Shown here: positions 43,746-54,958 of the stretch, in pieces
Position numbering within the stretch: position 1 is the stretch's first letter
Layout: each line of letters begins with the position of its first letter
Program-made: the position numbers and the translations under genes
Notes under the pieces: model-generated
The model's database searches: none
What the model was told of the DNA's origin: nothing
Seen by the model: only the letters and a program-made list of their open reading frames with translations
Source: Hormiphora californensis
Taxonomy: Eukaryota > Animalia > Ctenophora
DNA length: 64,000 nt
Assembly: GCA_020137815.1 (NCBI GenBank)
Contig: CM035351.1
Span: 2,790,001-2,854,000 of the forward strand
Direction: 5' to 3'

Positions 43746-45614
43746 TCAGTCAATCTCGTGCCGAGTTTCTTCGCTTGGTGGAGTCTCTGAGCTTGGTTGA
43801 GTCTCTGAGCTAAGTTGAATCTCTGAGCTAAGTTGAGTTTCTAAATCTGCAGATGTTGGAGTTTCGGTGCTAAGTGGAGTCTCTGGATTTGATGGAGCTT
43901 CTGTATTTGGAGGGTCTCTCCTAAAATGCATGACCACCTCAAACTTCCGTGTATGTGGAAACATATCTACACTAACGGCCTTGACAAACTTGAATGGATC
44001 GCCCAGGAACTTGTTGGAGGTAGGTCCACAGAGTGCCACAATGTTATCCTTTATCTGAGTCACATCACAGCTCACATATACCAGCTCAGATATCATCTCG
44101 GTCTTCCGGAGACATGCAATCACCTCACTGTGTAGACCACTCCGGGGAGGATCAACTATCGCCACAATCCGACCTTTCTGGGGTATCCTTTTAACCGCTT
44201 TCGTTGTCATATGCTTAGCATTTCCCGCCAAAAATGTCACGTTACTCACACCGTTCCGCTCTGCGTTTTTAATTGCATCCTTCACGGCACTCTCGACAAT
44301 CTCAATACCATAAACATGTTTCACAGCGTGAGAGAGTATTAGACCGATAGTTCCAGTTCCACAACACACATCCATCAGATATGTATCCTTGTCAAGAGAT
44401 GCAAAGTCCCGGATGGTATTGTATAACACCTCCGCAGCAGCGGTGTTAACCTGGAAGAAAGATCCGGATGTGATTTGGAACTCCAGTCCGCACAACTTCT
44501 CCAGCATAGTTAGGGGTCCAGCCAGATGGAATATCTGTTCTTTCCCACCCACCAGTTTCAGGAACAGCGAAAAGGATTCCCTGCTCTTGTAGTACTCCTT
44601 CATCAGTTCCTTCACCTCACCCAGTCCAACTTCAGTTAGCTGCCTTTTATCGACAATTGCAGTGACCATGACATGACCCCCACTGTTGGTCCGTACCTCC
44701 AGTGCCTTCCATACACCAGTATTAGCGAGGGTGTCATAGGGAGGGAACTTGGAACCCTCGACCATGATTTTGAACGTTTTAACCTCAGCCAACATCTCAA
44801 CTGAACAGGTTTCCACGCACTCGCTCGCATCCTCCACAGATATGTTCCCCTGGGAAAATTGTCCCCGGACATACCCCACACAACAAAGATCACTCCTGTC
44901 AGCATTTGCACCCACGGTGAACTCACACTTGTTACGGTATCCTAGCAACGTAGGTGATGGTTTTATTTCTGTGAGCGCAAAATCCGGTCCTGCGAAATTT
45001 TTTCCACTCCAAGCGTATTTGACTGCACCAGTAAACTTGTCGAAGATGTCTTGTATTTCCAACGTTTTCAACTTCAGCTGTCCAGGGTATGGTGATTCGT
45101 AAAGAGGGGCCGTCTTCTCCCGGACTGGCACCGCCTCAACTGCACTCTGATTGGATCGCTGTTGTTTTACCAGTGGATTTTCATCAGCCGCTGCTTCTGA
45201 GGCCTTCAGTTTCCCTTTCTTCCACGTCAACTCATTTATAATGTTGATGGCGTTAAACCGCTCTTCATTATTCCTGAAGGTTACATAAGCAACAGCCCGC
45301 TTAAAGGGACGTTTAATCTTTACAATCTGAACATTGTTTCTTGTCAGGAACTTCCTCACTTCATTAGCGGTGGAGTATTTGGGAATGTTGAGGATTTGGA
45401 TCTTGAATATCTCAGAGGTAAAATTGTCAGTTGTTATCAGGGATTGTGAGTTGTCAGGCTGATTTTCTGTGGTGGGTACTGGTGGCTGAATTTCAGTGGG
45501 CTTTAGAGGTGCCTGGATATCGGGATCGCATTGAACATCCCTCACCACATCATCAGATTGATCTGCGGGTGTGCTAATTTCTATCCTGGGTCGTTTTACC
45601 TCTGGTTCTGCCAT
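43746..45614 (-). CDS. TRMT2A: tRNA (uracil-5-)-methyltransferase homologue A, single exon
   Basis: N-terminal RRM (SEIFKIQILNIP, AYVTFRN), GYRNKCEF, SFFQVN, DVCCGTGTIG, AIVDPPRSGL, VYVSC, VDMFPHT. Confidence 0.95.
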   Translation of the reverse strand: MAEPEVKRPRIEISTPADQSDDVVRDVQCDPDIQAPLKPTEIQPPVPTTENQPDNSQSLITTDNFTSEIFKIQILNIPKYSTANEVRKFLTRNNVQIVKIKRPFKRAVAYVTFRNNEERFNAINIINELTWKKGKLKASEAAADENPLVKQQRSNQSAVEAVPVREKTAPLYESPYPGQLKLKTLEIQDIFDKFTGAVKYAWSGKNFAGPDFALTEIKPSPTLLGYRNKCEFTVGANADRSDLCCVGYVRGQFSQGNISVEDASECVETCSVEMLAEVKTFKIMVEGSKFPPYDTLANTGVWKALEVRTNSGGHVMVTAIVDKRQLTEVGLGEVKELMKEYYKSRESFSLFLKLVGGKEQIFHLAGPLTMLEKLCGLEFQITSGSFFQVNTAAAEVLYNTIRDFASLDKDTYLMDVCCGTGTIGLILSHAVKHVYGIEIVESAVKDAIKNAERNGVSNVTFLAGNAKHMTTKAVKRIPQKGRIVAIVDPPRSGLHSEVIACLRKTEMISELVYVSCDVTQIKDNIVALCGPTSNKFLGDPFKFVKAVSVDMFPHTRKFEVVMHFRRDPPNTEAPSNPETPLSTETPTSADLETQLSSEIQLSSETQPSSETPPSEETRHEID

Positions 45615-45686
45615 CGTACTAGTGGGGCATTATCTGAGGTTAAAATATACACAAATATAAAACTCAGGCAAATAAAACGAACATTC

Positions 45687-45727
45687 TTTCAAACTTTTCA
45701 ACACTACTTTAAACAAATTAATTTGAG
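45687..45727 (+). other. Ctenophore spliced-leader exon sequence at the LINE 5' end (copy 1)
   Basis: TTTCAAACTTTTCAACACTACTTTAAACAAATTAATTTGAG, identical to 50575-50615; matches the ctenophore SL as I recall it. Confidence 0.85.
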
Positions 45728-45748
45728 GTGCGGCATCCTCCACCTCAA

Positions 45749-47062
45749 ATGATTTCAGAAGATATGTCCTCTACAAATACAACTGAGGAACAACTGCGGA
45801 TAATCTCGGAGCTGGTAGCTGAAGCGGATACCCCTGTCAAGGAGGTGCTCCAAGCCTATGATCCTGAGTTAACCTATGAGGAGATGCTACCGAAGATCGA
45901 AACACTCCCTGTAAGTGACCTAGAGGCTACTGCAGCTTTCCTCGGACAAGAGGTGACATGTGTGACTGGAGCGAAAAAATACCACTCAGAGAGAACACTG
46001 TCAGACTGGATTATCATGAGGACTGAGGCTCTCTTTCCCCAAACATGTAGAGAGTGTAGTGAATCCTATACGGTGAAAAGGACTGATACACCCCCCGTTC
46101 GGTGTAACTATTGCGATGCTGGACTTCACAACTGTGCGGCTATCCGTGCTGAAGCTGGGAACACAACCAACACAAGGAGCCGAATATGGATGTGCAACGA
46201 CTGTGTCTCAAAACATACTATTGAGAGGTTCAACAGTCACCTACCTGAGGGAGGTCCTCCAAACCCTACTCTTAATTCAACTCGACGCAGTTCAAATAGA
46301 GAGGTATTGGACAGAAGGACCAGTCAGCCTGCTGGCGGACGGAACGATCTTGCTGGCAGAAGGAATAATGGCCCACCTACCGGTGGAGATACAGGGTCGG
46401 ACACGGAGGTTTGTAAATTCTACCTGCAGAGGAGATGCCGACACGGCAAAAACGGAACCGCCAGGGTTGGAAACAGAACCTGCCCAAAAGCCCACCCCAC
46501 CCTGTGTAAAAAGTTCTGTAACTATGGAACCATGAGGAGATTTGGATGTAATACTGAAAATTGCAACCTATTTCATCCTCCCCTCTGTAAGAACTCAGAG
46601 TTACGTCACCAGTGCTTCAAACAAAACTGCATGAAGCAACATCTAAAAGATACTCAGCGGAGCCCGCCTTTTAGAGTTGATGAAGCACCCCGGAACACTG
46701 GTTTAAATGCTCGCAATGATCGTGACAGAAACCAATCCTCTCGGAGCAGGGGTGCAAACCAAGCACCTCCAAATGAACCAGGAATCTGGTCGTCTGAGCC
46801 AACTAGGGATAGGATACCAAGCAGATCCCAATGGCCTCAGGATCAGAACAGGGGCACGAGGCCTGACCCAGACCCGGCTTTTTTAGACGCCATCATCGAC
46901 CGTCTCAGGGACTCTATAGCCGGGATAGTGAGGATGGAAATGAGGAATCGCCCGGAGCGGGAGCCCGACCAACAGCACTACAGCTCCCAGCCGACCCAAC
47001 TCCCTCCAGGAATGGGCAACACATACAGTCCTCATCATCAGAGGGACAGACGGTCTTACTAA
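45749..47062 (+). CDS. LINE ORF1 (PHD-like Cys cluster plus CCCH-type zinc fingers)
   Basis: CRECSE..CNYC..HNC..WMCNDC; CKFYLQRRCRHG..CPKAHP..CKKF..C..FHPPLC; homologous to 50660-51958. Confidence 0.85.
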   Translation: MISEDMSSTNTTEEQLRIISELVAEADTPVKEVLQAYDPELTYEEMLPKIETLPVSDLEATAAFLGQEVTCVTGAKKYHSERTLSDWIIMRTEALFPQTCRECSESYTVKRTDTPPVRCNYCDAGLHNCAAIRAEAGNTTNTRSRIWMCNDCVSKHTIERFNSHLPEGGPPNPTLNSTRRSSNREVLDRRTSQPAGGRNDLAGRRNNGPPTGGDTGSDTEVCKFYLQRRCRHGKNGTARVGNRTCPKAHPTLCKKFCNYGTMRRFGCNTENCNLFHPPLCKNSELRHQCFKQNCMKQHLKDTQRSPPFRVDEAPRNTGLNARNDRDRNQSSRSRGANQAPPNEPGIWSSEPTRDRIPSRSQWPQDQNRGTRPDPDPAFLDAIIDRLRDSIAGIVRMEMRNRPEREPDQQHYSSQPTQLPPGMGNTYSPHHQRDRRSY

Positions 47063-50000
47063 ATACAGCAGGACCCTCAGTTCCCAGTAATCTCTCAAAA
47101 CTGTTGCTTCTAAACGCCCGTAGCCTGAACCCGTCTGCGGGCAGTGAGGCAAGGTTCAAACTGGAGAACTTGAAGGACACCATTATGAACTCAAATATTC
47201 CTGTCATGGCTGCAGCCATCACGGAAACTTGGTGGCGGGCAGAATACTCGGACGCACAGGTTAATATTCCTGGTTTTTCTGTCATCCGCAGCGATCGGGA
47301 AGGTAGGGTTGGGGGTGGCTGTGCCCTCTATCTCCACTCGTCGGTGACCCCTTCCGATCAGATCACATTTTGGGGGGGGGCCTGCCGCAAGAATCTCATG
47401 CCTCATTGGCGATTTTCAGGGTAGCTGGGATTTTTGAGATTTTCGATTTTTGGCTAAAAAACGTGGGATTTTTGAGATTTTTGAGGCAAATTTGCGATTT
47501 TTCGGGGGGAAACCGCAAATTTTTCTCAAAAATCTCATAGAAAGGAAAAATTTCGATTCGAAAATTTGGAATAGAAACAATCCTTGTGTTTTTTTACCGA
47601 AAATCAAAATTCTGAATAGAAATTTTCCTTGTGTTCTAGTACAAAAGTTAATGTGAAGCTAAAACATGAAATCTACCTATTTAAATTACTAAACTGATAT
47701 TATGATTCAGTTTTAAGTTAAAAAATATGTCAAAAAACTGAGTATTGGCGGCCAAAATTGTGCCAATTTACCACAAAAATCTCAAAAATCTCAAACGTAA
47801 TTGAGCAAATTTTCCCAAAAATCTCAAAAATCTCATCGGCCGAAAAGAGGGTAGCTGAGATTTTTGCGGCAGGCCCCCCCCCCATTTTCAGATGAAAGCA
47901 ACAGTGTTGTGGCGGTATACATTCCAAACATGAACTGTATTATCTCGTCAGTTTACAGGGCTCCCACAGTGCCTGTGAACCTAGTTCTTGGGATTTTGGA
48001 GGAATTTATCCCGCGTCACTCGTGTGAAGATTGTCCTCCAGATGTGTTTACGCTTGGTGACTTTAACATGCCTCAGGTAAACTGGACATCAGTATCAGCG
48101 GATCAGGGAAATGCTCTGGTTGACTTTGCTGAGAGAAATTTCCTTACCCAGTTGGTTACAGAGCCTACTAGAGGACGGAACATTTTAGACATTGTACTTA
48201 CAAACAGGGTGGATTATGTTTTTGACACCGATGTATCAGCCACCCAGATGTCGGACCACTCCATGGTGTCTTGTGTCCTCGGAATCGGGATCCACCAGTC
48301 CAAAACAGAACGTGCAGCAGCTGGAAGAGGATTCAAGGCCCTTGACTACCACAACGCAGATTTTACTGCTGCAGGAGAGGAGCTGAGCAGTATTGATTGG
48401 GACACACTCCTATCCTCTTGTATTTCAGACGATGATGGGCACTCAATTGTGCAGTGTATCAGAGAGAAGATACTAGAGGTATTTGAAAAACACAGCAAGA
48501 GAAAGAGGTTTGGTACCCAGAGAAAGAGAGATCCCTACCTGAGAAGACTGAAAAGGAGGCAGAAAAAGCTGAACTCTCGGATGAAACTGGCCAAGCAGAG
48601 ATGCTCACACCAGTCCCTCATCGATAAACTCGAACGCAAGATAGACAAGACAGCCGATAAGATTAAGGCGTACTTGTTAGGCCTGCTGGAAGTAAAGGAG
48701 AGGAAAGCCATTGACACTATCAAATCAAATTCACGGTTTTTCTGGTCCTTTGTCAACAAGCACCGAAAAATCAAATCGAGTGTGGCTCCACTCCTGAGAC
48801 CTGATGGTACAGTGACTGATGACCCTCTGGAAAAGTCAAATATTCTCCAGTCGCAATATGTAGGAGTATTCAGTGATCCGTCCATGTGCTCGGTTGAGGA
48901 GGCTATCAAGGACATTCCTTCTACGACCTGCACGCTAGATGAACTTGACTTCACCCCTGGTTGTATTGAAGCTGCACTGGCTGAATTGGACCCCTACGCT
49001 GGAGCACCTTCAGATGACATACCTGCGGTTATACTATCAAAGTGCCGGAAACAGCTAGCATACCCACTTTGGTTGCTCTGGAACCGTTCATTCACTGAGG
49101 GTGTTGTACCAGGTTGTCTCAAACGGCAACAGGTGACCCCAATTTTCAAAAAGGGTTCAAAGATGGAGGCTAAAAACTATCGCCCTGTTGCCCTCACATC
49201 CCATATGATAAAAACTTTTGAAAGGGTTGTGAGGAACAAAGTTGTGGATCACCTGGAGGGAAATGGAATCTTCAATGATGGTCAGCACGGCTTTCGGAGA
49301 AATAGGAGTTGTCTGACCCAACTTTTGAACCACTATGACAACATCATGCGTGAACTGAATAACGGTCTGGAAGTGGATGTTGTTTATTTGGATATGGAGA
49401 AGGCGTTCGATAAAGTCGATATCAAGGTTGGATAAGTGACTTTCTTTCAGCTAGAATACAGACAGTAGTGGTGGATGGAGTTCAGTCTCGGCCGGAACTC
49501 GTCATTAGTGGAGTCCCCCAGGGCACTGTTCTTGGCCCGCTTCTGTTCTTGGTTTATATGATAGACATTGAATCACTTCTTGCTGGAACAGTCCTAACTT
49601 TTGCAGATGACTCCAAGCTGTGGAAAGCGATCAGGTCACTCAACGACAGAGATAACCTGCAGCTGAGTCTTAATGAATTTGGACGTTGGGCTTCAGACAA
49701 CAATATGTCACTCCATCAGGATAAGTTTGAGGTGATAAATTATACACTTCGCTCCACCCAACTCCTGAGGGAGCTTCCTTTCTCCACTGACAATTATCTT
49801 TACAATGGTCCCGGAGGCGAGACAATATCACCAAGTTTCACTGTGAGAGATCTAGGGGTCCTTGTATCTGCAGACTGCACTTGGTCAGAACACATAGGCA
49901 GCATTACTGCCAAGGCTAGACGCATGAGTGGCTGGGCACTTAGTGTATTTCGGGATAGATCCGATGATACTATGCTAACGTTACTGAAGTCCATCATTAG

Positions 50001-50541
50001 GCCTCAGGTGGAGTACTGTTGTCCATTATGGAGCCCGGTGAAAAAGTCTGATATCGCCCTGGTTGAAGAGGCTCAAAGACACTTCACACGTAGGATTGAG
50101 AGCTGTTCCGGCATGGGGTACTGGGATCGGCTCCAACATCTTGGTATCTTGTCCCTCCAGCGGCGTCGTGAGCGATACATGATTATCCATGTCTGGAAGG
50201 TTCTTCATGAGGTAGTTCCAAACGGCACGGGTCTCCTGTTTACTGAGCACACCCGTCTTGGTACCAGAGCATTGGTCCCCCGTTACAATTACCTCGCTCA
50301 AAAATCCATATCTGGCCCTTATGACTCATCATTCGGTGTTAGAGGAGCACAGTTGTGGAATTCCCTACCCCGTGCAGTGAGAGAGGCAACATCACTGCTC
50401 GAGTTGAAACAGTCCCTTGGGTCCTACTTAACCACCATCCCCGACCAGCCACCTGTCCGCGGTTACCGGGTGGAGCACAGTAACTCCTTAATTGATTGGA
50501 GAAATGACCCCAGTGTGTTTAAAGAGATGGGCGAATCATAG
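47063..50541 (+). pseudogene. LINE ORF2 (APE endonuclease plus RT), disrupted
   Basis: LNARSL, ITETW, LGDFN, SDH, NYRPVALTS, QHGFR, SGVPQG, FADD; broken by the MITE at 47372-47882 and a ~49-nt deletion at ~49427 relative to the inner copy. Confidence 0.92.
47372..47882. mobile_element. MITE with G-run/C-run termini inserted in the LINE endonuclease
   Basis: G9-CCTGCCGCAAGAATCTC / GAGATTTTTGCGGCAGG-C-run; duplicated CATTTT (CACATTTT / CCCATTTT); removal restores Q-I-T-F-S-D. Confidence 0.9.
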
Positions 50542-50574
50542 AAATGTGTTTTGCTTTTCATTGTCATTTGGCTG

Positions 50575-50615
50575 TTTCAAACTTTTCAACACTACTTTAA
50601 ACAAATTAATTTGAG
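50575..50615 (+). other. Ctenophore spliced-leader exon sequence at the LINE 5' end (copy 2)
   Basis: 41/41 identical to 45687-45727. Confidence 0.85.
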
Positions 50616-50659
50616 GCGCGCGCCCGTGCGTTTTCAAATATTCCACTGTAGTGTCTAGT

Positions 50660-51958
50660 ATGGCAATGGACCATGCTAATGACACAGATCCAGCCGTCTT
50701 TGCTGCTGTACTCTCTGAGCTGAAAGAGGATGCCAGAACACCGGTTAAGGAGGTTATTGAAGTTTATGACCCTTCTCTGGACTATGAGGAAAACCTCAGC
50801 AAACTGGAGGCTATCCCAGCTAGTAATCTGGAGGCAACTGCTATCTTCCTTGGCCAAGAGGTTAGATGTGTGGCGTCTGGAGTGCAGAAATACCATTCAG
50901 TAACAACCCTGGCTGACTGGATCATCATGCGGATAGAGGGATTTGGTCCCCAAACATGCAGCGAGTGTACCGAAAAGTATTCCGTGAAGAGAAATGAAAA
51001 TCCCCCTGCTCGGTGCTTCATCTGTGGTGGCGGTCTGCACAACTGTGCTAAGATACGAGAAGAGGCCAGCAGCACTGCTATCAAAAGCCGAATTTGGGTG
51101 TGCTCCCCTTGCCTCGGTAAACAAACTCTGGAAAGGTTTACTAGCCATCTACCTGACGGTGGTCCAGATCCTAGTCATAACTCGACCAGACGTAGTTCAA
51201 ACCGAGAGCAGATCCTGGGAAGGCACATCAGCAGAACTGCAGAGGAACGAGAGGACCTACCGGACCCAGCGGAACAGGGAGAGAGGGTTGTTCCCGGAAA
51301 CGAAGTGTGTAGGTTTTATTTGCAAAGGAGGTGCAGACACGGGAGAGATGGGACGAAGCTAGTTAGTGGCAGATCTTGTCCCAAATCTCACCCTACACTG
51401 TGCAAAAAGTTTTGCAACTATGGATCTATGAGGAGCGTTGGATGCCAGAACACTGAATGTAACTTTTTCCATCCTCCACTATGTAAGAATTCTGAGTTAC
51501 GGCACCAGTGTTATAAACTCAGCTGTACCAAACATCACTTGAGGGACACCCTGAGGACTAGGCCTGGAGAAGGAACATCACGTGGGACTGGAAATGAGAG
51601 GAACCGCCGTGAAAGAATCCCTTCAGCCCAATCACGAACCACAGGTCAAAACCAAGCACCTGATGCAGGACCTTGGTCAAGTGAACCCAGTAGGGCGAGG
51701 GTGTCGAGTGGAGTCCAATGGTCCCAGTCTCAGAATCAGAGACCTGGACCAGATGCTGCTTTTTTAGAGGCAGTCCTCGATCGGCTGAGGGACTCAATAG
51801 CCGGGATAGTGAGAACAGAGATGAGGAATCGTCCAGAGCCAGAACCAGTTCTACTTCCAGACCAGTTATACTCCCAACACACCCAACCGGCTCAACTGCC
51901 GGCAGGAACAGGTTACACCTTCAGCCCTCATCAGCAGAGGGGGAGACGGTCGTATTAG
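50660..51958 (+). CDS. LINE ORF1
   Basis: Same Cys/His pattern as copy 1; ends RRSY*. Confidence 0.87.
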   Translation: MAMDHANDTDPAVFAAVLSELKEDARTPVKEVIEVYDPSLDYEENLSKLEAIPASNLEATAIFLGQEVRCVASGVQKYHSVTTLADWIIMRIEGFGPQTCSECTEKYSVKRNENPPARCFICGGGLHNCAKIREEASSTAIKSRIWVCSPCLGKQTLERFTSHLPDGGPDPSHNSTRRSSNREQILGRHISRTAEEREDLPDPAEQGERVVPGNEVCRFYLQRRCRHGRDGTKLVSGRSCPKSHPTLCKKFCNYGSMRSVGCQNTECNFFHPPLCKNSELRHQCYKLSCTKHHLRDTLRTRPGEGTSRGTGNERNRRERIPSAQSRTTGQNQAPDAGPWSSEPSRARVSSGVQWSQSQNQRPGPDAAFLEAVLDRLRDSIAGIVRTEMRNRPEPEPVLLPDQLYSQHTQPAQLPAGTGYTFSPHQQRGRRSY

Positions 51959-51999
51959 CTTCCGAGAAACCCTCAGTTCCCAGCAACCTTTCCAAACTT

Positions 52000-54958
52000 A
52001 TGCTGCTAAATGCTCGCAGTCTAAACCCGAGTGCTAAGTAGCGAAACAAGGTACAAGCTGGAGAATCTTAAAGACACTATTTGCAACTCTGATATTCCTG
52101 CCATGGCCGTAGCCATTACTGAAACTTGGTGGCGGGCTGAATTTTCAGATGCCCAGGTGGGTATCCCCGGTTATTCTATTATACGCAGTGATCGGGACGG
52201 CAGGGTGGGGGGTGGCTGTGCCCTATATCTTCATTCATCCTTGTCCCCCTCTGATCAGGTTGCTTTCTCAGATAACTGTAATAGTGTCGTTGCAGTCTAC
52301 ATTCCTAACTCAAACTTCGTTATTGCAACAGTTTACAGGGCCCCCACATCAAACCCACTCCAAGTCATCGGAATCCTGGAGGAGTTTATTCAACGCCATT
52401 CCTCCGGTGATTGTCCGCCTGAGGTTTTTGTGCTAGGTGACTTCAATATGCCCCATGTAAACTGGTCAAATCTTCCAACCGACCAGAGTAACTCCCTGGT
52501 TGAATTTGCTGAGAAAAATTTTCTTACCCAACTAGTGACGGAGCCCACGAGAGGTAAGAGTATCTTGGACATTGTTCTTACGAATAGAGTGGACTATGTC
52601 CTCGACATGGATGTAACGGCGACCCAAATGTCTGACCACGCTCTCGTTTCTTGCATTCTGGGAGTTGGGCTGAAACAGGCTAAGTCAGACTGCAAACGAG
52701 CTGCTAGAGGGTTCAAGGCACTTGATTACCACAATGCTGACTTCACCGGGGCACGTGAGGAGCTAGACGCTATCAACTGGGACGAACACTTAGCTCCATA
52801 TGACATGGAAGATGGCGGCCACGCCTATGTCCAATGTATTACAGAGATTGTTCTAGGCGTGTTCGAAAAGCATTCTAAACGGAAGGTTTTTAGCAATTTA
52901 AAGAAGAGGGATCCCTATCTGAAACGATTGAAAAGGAGGCAGAAAAAGTTGAACTCCCGGCTAAAACTTGCTAGGGAGAGATGTTCCTACCAGTCCCTGA
53001 TTGATAAGCTTAACCGTAAAATTGAGAAGACTGGTGATAGGATAAAGGTTCACCTCCTTGGGCTTCTGGAAGGAAGAGAGAGAAAGGCTATTGACACTAT
53101 CAAATGTAATCCACGGTTTTTCTGGTCATTTGTGAACAAGCATCGGAAAATCAAGTCTAGTGTGGCCCCACTCCTAAGACCTGATGGCACAGTTACCGAT
53201 GATCCCCTGGAGAAATCAAACATTCTTCAGTCACAGTATGTGGGGGTATTCAGCGATCCTGCTAAGTGTTCGGCCGAGGAGGCTACTAAGGATATTCCTT
53301 CTACGACCATCACACTGGACAATCTTGACTTTACTCCCGGCTGTATTGAGGATGCATTGGCTGAGTTAGATCCTTACGCTGGAGCACCACCAGGGGACAT
53401 ACCAGCGGTTATACTGTCCAAGTGCCGGAAACAGTTGGCATACCCCTTATGGTTACTTTGGGATTGTTCTTTCCATGAGGGTGTCGTACCAACATGCCTT
53501 AAACGCCAATATATAACACCCGTGTTTAAGAAAGGATCCAAAATGGAGGCAAAAAATTATCGGCCTGTCGCACTCACCTCCCACATGATTAAAACATTTG
53601 AGAGAGTTGTAAGAAACAAAGTTGTCGATCATCTGGAGGGAAATGGGCTCTTCAACGATGGCCAGCATGGTTTCCGGAGGAACAGAAGCTGCTTGACTCA
53701 ACTCTTAAACCACTACGATAATGTCATGAGAGAACTGAATAACGGACACGAAGTGGATGTTGTGTATTTAGACATGGAGAAGGCTTTTGACAAAGTCGAT
53801 GTCAAGGTCTTGATGGCAAAATTGGAAAAATACGGTATTCGGGGACAGCTACACCGTTGGATCAACAACTTCCTTTCAGAAAGAGTACAAACAGTGATGG
53901 TAGATGGTGCTCAGTCTCGGGAGGAATTGGTCATCAGTGGTGTCCCACAGGGTACAGTTATTGGTCCCTTGTTGTTTTTAGTCTATATGATAGACATAGA
54001 GACACTTCTTTCTGGCACAGTCCTCACCTTCGCAGACGATTCCAAGCTGTGGAAGGCAATCAAGTCATTGGATGATAGAGAGGATCTCCAGAAAAGTCTA
54101 GCTGTGTTTGCTCGTTGGGCGACAGATAACAACATGTCCCTACACCAGGACAAATTTGAAGTTATGAACTATACTCTTCGCTCCACCCAACTGTTAAGAG
54201 AGCTGCCATTCTCCAATGAAAACTACTCCTACAGTGGGCCTGGAGGCGAAACGATATCCCCTAGCGAATCTGTCAAAGACCTAGGAGTCCTTGTTTCAAC
54301 AAACTGTGCATGGTCGGAGCATATCGGCAGCATCACGACTAAGGCTCGTCGGATGAGTGGCTGGGCACTTAGTGTGTTTCGGGATAGATCGGATGACACC
54401 ATGCTAACCCTACTCAAATCCATCGTCAGACCCCAGGTTGAATACTGTTGCCCCCTATGGAACCCTGTCAAAAAGTCAGATATTGCACTGGTTGAGGAGG
54501 CACAGAGACAATTCACCCGCAGGATCGCGAGTTGTTCGGGCATGAATTACTGGGACAGACTCCATCACCTCAAAATCCTGTCCCTTCAACGGCGCCGAGA
54601 ACGATATATAATTATCCACGTCTGGAAGGTCTTGCATAAGGTAGTACCAAACAGTACGAGTCTCTTGTTTACAGAGCACCCACGCCTTGGCACCAGAGCG
54701 GTAATCCCTCGGTATAACTACTTGGCCCAAAAATCCATCTCTGGCCCCTATGACTCATCATTCGGCGTAAAAGGAGCTCAGTTATGGAATGCAGTGCCTC
54801 GGGTAGTGAGATCTTCAGCTTCCCTACTCGAGCTAAAGCAGTCGCTCGGTAAATATCTGTCCACCATCCCTGACCAGCCACCGGTTCGTGGGTATAGTGT
54901 TCAGCACAGTAACTCCCTGTTGGATTGGAGAAACGATCCGAGTGTTTTCAGAGAGTAA
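52000..54958 (+). CDS. LINE ORF2 (APE plus RT) with one apparent 1-nt insertion at ~52037
   Basis: MLLNARSLNPSA then a frame change to SSETRYKLE; the 975-codon ORF that follows is intact with FADD, YCCPLW and LSLQRRRERY. Confidence 0.92.

Noticed and set aside
45670-45686. AAATAAAACGAACATTC, the near reverse complement of 58632-58648 and similar to the LINE tail repeat
   Set aside because: Short and AT-rich; no TSD or function could be established.
45687-45790. SL copy as a genuine SL RNA gene, or as an NeSL-like target site
   Set aside because: No clear Sm site follows, the sequence runs straight into ORF1, and the second SL lies within the first element's 3' UTR, so it moved with the element.
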